This document shows, piece by piece, positions 58,882 through 64,000 of a stretch of DNA of 64,000 nt (position 1 is its first letter; the number at the start of each line of letters is the position of its first letter). The position numbers and the translations under genes are program-made. Below the pieces are notes generated by a model. That model saw only the letters and a program-made list of their open reading frames with translations, was not told where the DNA came from and did not search any database. Location of the stretch: contig JABFRB010000022.1 of NCBI GenBank assembly GCA_013141385.1, positions 92,106-156,105 on the forward strand, given 5' to 3'. Origin of the DNA: Bacteroidales bacterium (GTDB lineage Bacteria > Bacteroidota > Bacteroidia > Bacteroidales > Tenuifilaceae).

Positions 58882-59691
58882 ATGATTTTTAACAATTCAC
58901 AAGGCATTCCTTTTGCTCAATTCGAGGTTTTAAAAGCGTTTAACAGTTCAATTCAGCATTTTGTTACAACAAGGAATCAATCCCTACCACCATCAACCCA
59001 AAACTATTTCACTATTGGCTTAAATGGGCCTATTGATAATGAGATTGTGCTCAGCAACAGGAAACAGCTTGCGGAGCAATTTGGGTTCTCGCCCAATTCG
59101 TACGTTTTTGCATCGCAGGTGCATGGTAAAATAGTTGCTGTTGTTAAGGAAGAAGATAAAGGCAAGGGTGCTTTTGAACGCTCATCGTACCTGTGTGATG
59201 TTGATGCTATGGTAACCAATCGGAAAGGGATTTGTCTTGTTACCCAAGCGGCAGATTGTGTTCCAATTCTCTTCTTCGATCCTGTAAAAAAGGCAATTGG
59301 TGCTGCTCATGCAGGCTGGAAGGGCACGGTTGCCAAAATACCTGCGGAGGTGATTAAGGCATTTACTTTAGAATTTGGCTCAAATCCTTCGGATATCGTT
59401 GTTGGAATTGGTCCATCCATTGGCTCATGCTGCTACGAGGTTGGCGATGAAGTTGTATCGATGGTAAATGATGCTTTTGGCTCAACGGAAGGACTTATTT
59501 TACCTAATGATAAATTTGTCAAGCCAGTTTTTGATCTTTGGGAAGCTAATCGTAGAACTCTTATTGAGGCTGGCGTTAAACCCAAAAATATTGAAATTGC
59601 AGGCCTTTGTACAAAATGTCATAACAAATTCTTCTTCTCAGCACGTGCAGGTGATTTGGGGCGATTTGGAGCAGCAATAATGATTAAGTGA
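58882..59691 (+). CDS. YfiH/PgeF (DUF152, polyphenol-oxidase/laccase-like, purine nucleoside phosphorylase) family protein
   Basis: Start at internal Met MIFNNSQG; …QVHGKIVAVV…, …CLVTQAADCVPILFFDPVKKAIGAAHAGWKGT…, …CCYEVGDEV… are family hallmarks. Confidence 0.7.
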   Translation: MIFNNSQGIPFAQFEVLKAFNSSIQHFVTTRNQSLPPSTQNYFTIGLNGPIDNEIVLSNRKQLAEQFGFSPNSYVFASQVHGKIVAVVKEEDKGKGAFERSSYLCDVDAMVTNRKGICLVTQAADCVPILFFDPVKKAIGAAHAGWKGTVAKIPAEVIKAFTLEFGSNPSDIVVGIGPSIGSCCYEVGDEVVSMVNDAFGSTEGLILPNDKFVKPVFDLWEANRRTLIEAGVKPKNIEIAGLCTKCHNKFFFSARAGDLGRFGAAIMIK

Positions 59692-59699
59692 ACAGGGGA

Positions 59700-59860
59700 A
59701 AATGAGAAGTGAAAAGAGAATAGTGAAAATTGGCAAGTGGTCAGCAAAAAGTGAACAGATTTAATAACTCAATAACAAATAACCTAATAACAAATAACTC
59801 AATAACGAATAACCAAACACTAAATACTAAACACTATAAACTAAATTTCCTACATTTGAG
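59700..59860. repeat. Simple-repeat tract (GTGAAAAG-type units followed by AATAACNAATAAC x ~6)
   Basis: GGGGAAAATGAGAAGTGAAAAGAGAATAGTGAAAATTGG… then AATAACTCAATAACAAATAACCTAATAACAAATAACTCAATAACGAATAACC. Confidence 0.55.
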
Positions 59861-59898
59861 ACCAATCAAACCCTAAAAATAAACCAAATAACCAATAT

Positions 59899-61884
59899 AT
59901 GTCTCAAGAACCAGTTGAAAAAATTAAAGGGCTACCCGATAATGCCTATACTGAATTAAAGGAGGGTGAAGAGTACCAGCCTATAATGTCGCCTCACAAA
60001 AATGTACCAGAAATAAATGTATGGTCTGTAACATTAGGTCTTTTTATGGCTATACTATTCTCTGCTGCGGCAGCATACCTTGGATTAAAAATTGGTCAGG
60101 TATTCGAAGCGGCAATCCCAATTGCGATTATTGCAGTTGGTCTATCTACCGTATTTAAACGTAAAGGAGCACTTGGTGAGAATGTGATTATTCAGAGCAT
60201 TGGTGCGAGCTCTGGGGTTATTGTAGCAGGGGCTATTTTTACTCTTCCCGCATTATATATCCTTAAACTTGATGCTGAGTTCTACAAAGTATTCCTTGCC
60301 TCGCTATTAGGTGGTGTTTTGGGTATTCTATTCCTTATCCCTTTCAGAAAATATTTTGTATCCGATATGCACGGTAAACTTCCATTTCCCGAGGCAACTG
60401 CTACAACAGAGGTTCTTGTTTCTGGCGAAAAGGGTGGAAATCAAGCAAAACTTCTTGTAGTAAGTATGTTAATTGGAGGTATCTACGATTTTATCATTGC
60501 AACCTTTGGATGGTGGAGTGAAGTAGTTACTACAAGGGTTGTAGCAGTTGGAGCGCAAATTGCCGATAAAACTAAGATTGTATTTAAACTAAACGTGGGT
60601 GCCGCTGTAATGGGTCTTGGGTATATCATCGGATTACAGTATACCGCTATTATTGCCGCTGGTTCATTTGTAGCGTGGTTGGTTCTGATACCAATTATCA
60701 ACTACTTAGCACCTGGAATGACAATCCCAGTTGGTTTCAATACTACTAGCATCCTTTCAGCCATGTCAGCCGAAGAAATCTTTGCAAACTACGTTCGCCC
60801 TATAGGTATAGGCGGTATTGCTATGGCAGGTATTATTGGAATTATTCGCTCTTCGGGGATTATCAAGAAAGCATTTGGCTTGGCTGTTACCGAAATTTTC
60901 AGTAAAAACAAATCGATTACTAAGGAAGAACTTCGTACCCGTAGGGACTTGCCGATGTCTATTATTGCAGGTGGTATACTTCTTGCAATGGTTGTTATCT
61001 TTATCTTTTTCCAATTTGGCGTTCTTCATAACTTAACTCAAGCTCTAGTTGGTCTTGCAATTGTTATGGTTATTTCTTTTCTATTTACAACTGTTGCCGC
61101 CAATGCAATTGCAATAGTTGGAACTAACCCAGTTTCGGGAATGACGCTTATGACTCTCATAATCGCATCTATCATACTTACTTCTGTTGGTCTTTCGGGT
61201 ACTTCGGGGATGGTTGCTGCGCTTATAATAGGCGGTGTGGTATGTACGGCTCTTTCAATGGCTGGTGGATTCATCACCGACCTTAAAATTGGATACTGGC
61301 TTGGTACATCACCTTATAAACAGCAAACCTGGAAATTTGTAGGAACATTTGTTTCGGCAGCCACCGTTGGTGGAGTTATAATTCTACTCAACAAAACTTA
61401 TGGTTTTACCGGAAATAACGCTCTTGTTGCACCTCAAGCCAATGCAATGGCTGCTGTAATTGAACCAATGATGTCGGGCAAACCTGCTCCTTGGTTACTC
61501 TATACAGCTGGAGCATTCCTTTCGCTTACATTAACCATGATAGGTATTCCTGCTTTAGCTTTTGCATTAGGTATGTTTTTACCAATCCAGCTAACCGCTC
61601 CATTATTGGTAGGTGGTATTATTGCTCATATTGTTTCAACAAGAAGTAAAGAAGCTAAAGTAAATAAAGCACGCAGAGAGCGTGGAACTTTAATTGCATC
61701 GGGATTTATTGCTGGAGGTTCATTGATGGGCGTTTTCAGCGCACTACTCAAATTTGGAGGAATAAACTTCATTAATCAGGAGTGGTTTGAATCCAATGCT
61801 GCTGGTATTATTGGTTTTGGTATGTTCTTAATTATCTGCGGATATATTATTTGGGAATCGATGAGAGCGAAGGTGGAAGATTAA
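59899..61884 (+). CDS. OPT-family oligopeptide transporter
   Basis: 661 aa, ~16 TM helices; architecture and motifs (…[13 protein letters not shown]…, …[14 protein letters not shown]…) of the bacterial OPT clade. Confidence 0.75.
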   Translation: MSQEPVEKIKGLPDNAYTELKEGEEYQPIMSPHKNVPEINVWSVTLGLFMAILFSAAAAYLGLKIGQVFEAAIPIAIIAVGLSTVFKRKGALGENVIIQSIGASSGVIVAGAIFTLPALYILKLDAEFYKVFLASLLGGVLGILFLIPFRKYFVSDMHGKLPFPEATATTEVLVSGEKGGNQAKLLVVSMLIGGIYDFIIATFGWWSEVVTTRVVAVGAQIADKTKIVFKLNVGAAVMGLGYIIGLQYTAIIAAGSFVAWLVLIPIINYLAPGMTIPVGFNTTSILSAMSAEEIFANYVRPIGIGGIAMAGIIGIIRSSGIIKKAFGLAVTEIFSKNKSITKEELRTRRDLPMSIIAGGILLAMVVIFIFFQFGVLHNLTQALVGLAIVMVISFLFTTVAANAIAIVGTNPVSGMTLMTLIIASIILTSVGLSGTSGMVAALIIGGVVCTALSMAGGFITDLKIGYWLGTSPYKQQTWKFVGTFVSAATVGGVIILLNKTYGFTGNNALVAPQANAMAAVIEPMMSGKPAPWLLYTAGAFLSLTLTMIGIPALAFALGMFLPIQLTAPLLVGGIIAHIVSTRSKEAKVNKARRERGTLIASGFIAGGSLMGVFSALLKFGGINFINQEWFESNAAGIIGFGMFLIICGYIIWESMRAKVED

Positions 61885-61967
61885 AGTTAGAAGTCAGAAG
61901 ACGGAAGATCGAAGTTGGAAGATCTAAGTGTGAACAAATACTAGTAAACAGAATTAAAGGAACAACT

Positions 61968-63203
61968 ATGATAAATAAACAAAACTTAATAGATCGCTTT
62001 ATTAGATACGTTAAAATCGATACTACTAGCGATGATAGTTCTACTACCTTTCCAAGCTCTAAGAAACAGTTCGATTTAGCGAATCTACTTGTTAAGGAGT
62101 TGCAGGAGCTCGGATTAAAAGATATCTCCCTTGATGAGTGGGGTTATGTAATGGCAACATTACCCGCTAATACAGACAAACCTATACCAACAATTGGTTT
62201 TTTAGCCCATATGGATACTGCTCCTGATATGAGTGGAACCAATGTAAATCCTCGATTCATAGAAAATTATGATGGAAAAGATATCATCTTACACAAAGAG
62301 AATAATGTAATCCTTGGCGTTAAGGATTTTCCTGAACTTAAGGATTATATTGGGCAAACTCTTATTGTAACCGATGGTACAACCCTACTTGGTGCTGATG
62401 ATAAAGCAGGTATTGCCGAAATTATGACCTCATTGGAATATATGGTTAACCATCCTGAGTTTAAACATGGTAAATTACGAATTAGTTTTACTGTTGATGA
62501 GGAAATTGGTCATGGTGTTGACCATTTTGATGTTAAGAAGTTCAATGCTGATTTCGGTTATACCCTTGATGGAGGAATGATCGGCGAGTTAGAATATGAG
62601 AATTTTAATGCCGCAGGGGCAAAGGTTCTTATTCAGGGTAGAAATGTACATCCTGGTTATGCCAAAAACAAGATGAAGAATGCAATGCACATTGCAATGG
62701 AATTCAACTCTCTTCTTCCTGCAACCGAACGCCCAGAATATACACAGGATTACGAAGGATTCTACCATCTAATTAAAATGGAAGGTAGCGTTGAGAATGC
62801 ATCGTTGCAGTATATTATCCGCGATCATTCCCGTGAAAAATTCCAGAACAGAAAAGATTATATTGAGAAAGTAGCTGGATTTATCAATTCTAAGTATGGA
62901 GAAGGTACAATTAAACTTGAACTAACAGATCAATACTTCAATATGCGTGAGATGGTTGAACCCGTTTACCATATTGTTGATACCGCCGTTAAAGCAATGG
63001 AACAGGTTGGTGTAAAACCTTTAGTAAAACCAATCCGTGGAGGTACCGATGGTGCACGCTTATCCTATATGGGTTTACCATGTCCAAATCTGTTTGAGGG
63101 TGGATTAAACTTCCACGGTAAATACGAATTTGTCCCTGTTGATAGTATGGCAAAAGCATCGGAGGTGATGCTTAAGATAATTGAACTTTACGCTTCGAAG
63201 TAA
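61968..63203 (+). CDS. pepT: Peptidase T (tripeptide aminopeptidase, M20B)
   Basis: Start at internal Met [23 protein letters not shown] (canonical PepT N-terminus); M20 metal-ligand contexts (…LAHMDTAPD…, …[10 protein letters not shown]…, …DEEIGHG…); the long-ORF 5' extension overlaps the OPT gene. Confidence 0.8.
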   Translation: MINKQNLIDRFIRYVKIDTTSDDSSTTFPSSKKQFDLANLLVKELQELGLKDISLDEWGYVMATLPANTDKPIPTIGFLAHMDTAPDMSGTNVNPRFIENYDGKDIILHKENNVILGVKDFPELKDYIGQTLIVTDGTTLLGADDKAGIAEIMTSLEYMVNHPEFKHGKLRISFTVDEEIGHGVDHFDVKKFNADFGYTLDGGMIGELEYENFNAAGAKVLIQGRNVHPGYAKNKMKNAMHIAMEFNSLLPATERPEYTQDYEGFYHLIKMEGSVENASLQYIIRDHSREKFQNRKDYIEKVAGFINSKYGEGTIKLELTDQYFNMREMVEPVYHIVDTAVKAMEQVGVKPLVKPIRGGTDGARLSYMGLPCPNLFEGGLNFHGKYEFVPVDSMAKASEVMLKIIELYASK

Positions 63204-63219
63204 AGCCTTTACATGTTAT

Positions 63220-63252
63220 AAAGAGCGGCCTAAAAGCCGCTCTTTATTTTTT
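63220..63252 (+). terminator. Rho-independent terminator after pepT
   Basis: AAGAGCGGC-CTAAAA-GCCGCTCTT followed by TATTTTTTAT. Confidence 0.55.
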
Positions 63253-63326
63253 ATATCATTTTTGAACATAAAGTAGCTTTTTGGGGTTTATTGTAGTACC
63301 TTTGATTCTAATTTAAATAACAGAAA

Positions 63327-64000
63327 ATGATAGATTTCCACACACATCTTCCACCTCGTGAAATGGGTCCCGCAATTCGTAGCCTACTAATCTCAGAAGT
63401 CGATAAACTAGCCGAACAAGGTGTTTTTAGTGTTGGAATTCATCCTTGGTATAGTGCAGATATTGATATAAAAAAACAACTCTTAGACCTTGAGAGAATC
63501 GCAAAATTAACAAATGTTGTTGCTATTGGGGAAATCGGTTTAGATAAATCAAGAGGAGCTTCTCTCGAAAAGCAAATTGAGCTTTTTGAAAAGCAGGTTC
63601 AGATTGCAGAGAAATACCAAAAACCCGTTGTTATTCATTGTGTAAGAGCGTGGGTGGAACTACTTGAATCGAAAAAACGATTAAACCCAACAACGCCTTG
63701 GGCTATACATGGTTTTCGTGGACAATTTGAACAAGCCAAGCAATTGATTGATAATGATATGTACATTTCGTTTGGATCAGCAATTCTAAATGCATCGGAT
63801 ATATTACAGGAAACAATCAGAACAGTACCCTTAAACCGCTTTTTTATTGAGACAGATGAAGCTGATGTTTCATTGAAATATTTATACACTACAGTATCAA
63901 AAATAAAAAAGATAAAATTTCGCAACCTCGAAGAGCAGATAAATTTTAATTTTGCAGAGTTTTTTAGAAAGGTGGAGAGTGGAAAGTGGAAAGTTTCAAG
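63327..64000 (+). CDS. TatD-family metal-dependent hydrolase (partial, continues beyond window or ends at its edge)
   Basis: MIDFHTHLPP…, …GEIGLDK…, …VIHCVRAW…, …FIETDEAD… are TatD motifs; no stop codon before position 64000. Confidence 0.65.
   Translation, partial: MIDFHTHLPPREMGPAIRSLLISEVDKLAEQGVFSVGIHPWYSADIDIKKQLLDLERIAKLTNVVAIGEIGLDKSRGASLEKQIELFEKQVQIAEKYQKPVVIHCVRAWVELLESKKRLNPTTPWAIHGFRGQFEQAKQLIDNDMYISFGSAILNASDILQETIRTVPLNRFFIETDEADVSLKYLYTTVSKIKKIKFRNLEEQINFNFAEFFRKVESGKWKVS

Noticed and set aside
61851-61967. N-terminal 39-aa extension of the pepT ORF
   Set aside because: It overlaps the 3' end of the OPT transporter gene and consists of the GAAG-type simple repeat. The canonical PepT N-terminus ([19 protein letters not shown]) begins at 61968.
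1-64000. tRNA, rRNA or tmRNA genes
   Set aside because: Scanned for GTTCGAATC/GGTTCGATTCC-type T-arm motifs and cloverleaf-sized GC-rich islands. The only GGTTCGAGAGGGTGAACC-like match is inside the IS630 transposase frame. None found.

Overview
The window reads as a low-GC Bacteroidetes-type chromosomal segment (roughly 35-40% GC by eye). Supporting signs are a T9SS C-terminal sorting domain, a TonB-dependent receptor followed by a DUF4249-like lipoprotein, TAnnTTTG-type -7 promoter boxes, and many lipoprotein signal peptides. About 50 protein-coding genes can be supported. Housekeeping genes include folD, ffh, pepT, a TatD-family hydrolase (truncated at the window end), a beta-carbonic anhydrase, an OPT transporter and a YfiH/PgeF-family protein. 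Two metabolic clusters stand out. The first (7.0-15.6 kb) has an IDH/IPMDH-family dehydrogenase, an HD-like protein, two tandem paralogs of a fused LeuC-LeuD aconitase-family dehydratase, and convergent citrate(citramalate)-lyase alpha and fused gamma-beta genes. The second (18.1-23.9 kb) is a crotonase/3-hydroxyacyl-CoA DH/thiolase/two ACAD beta-oxidation-like operon. Proteases include a T9SS-sorted M6 metalloprotease, an M16 peptidase and an M28 peptidase. There is also a HAL/PAL-family ammonia-lyase with an unusual Ala-Cys-Gly triad at the MIO position.

The accessory region of most interest is an AT-rich island at about 37.6-43.6 kb, all on the minus strand. It contains an 839-aa protein fusing an N-terminal calcineurin-like metallophosphoesterase (Mre11/SbcD-like motifs) to a P-loop NTPase (Walker A GSRGSGKT, Walker B LLLIDE) and a C-terminal domain of unknown function. 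This has the effector-NTPase-sensor layout of single-protein antiphage systems. It is followed by a near-perfect tandem duplication (2 x ~1.26 kb) of a three-gene cassette: antitoxin, ParE/RelE toxin and a 116-119-aa conserved protein. Each copy carries its own TATATTTG -7 box and ends in a conserved ~80-bp element containing an ATCGCA-N3-TGCGAT palindrome. Upstream of the array there is also a solo copy of that element and a 3 x 21-bp purine minisatellite.

A second accessory patch (56.2-58.7 kb) is a nest of MITE/REP-like repeats built around a CCCCTCTCTCT-GGGCAA-GAGAGAGGGG hairpin. An IS630-family element with a higher-GC, doubly frameshifted transposase has inserted into one repeat copy with a TA target duplication, and a DUF559 (Vsr-like) endonuclease ORF is embedded among the repeats. 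A separate 134-bp MITE-like palindromic element with TTCGGTAA terminal inverted repeats occurs three times, each just upstream of a minus-strand gene start. A GC-rich structured noncoding region next to folD is a candidate small RNA. No rRNA, tRNA or CRISPR array was found.
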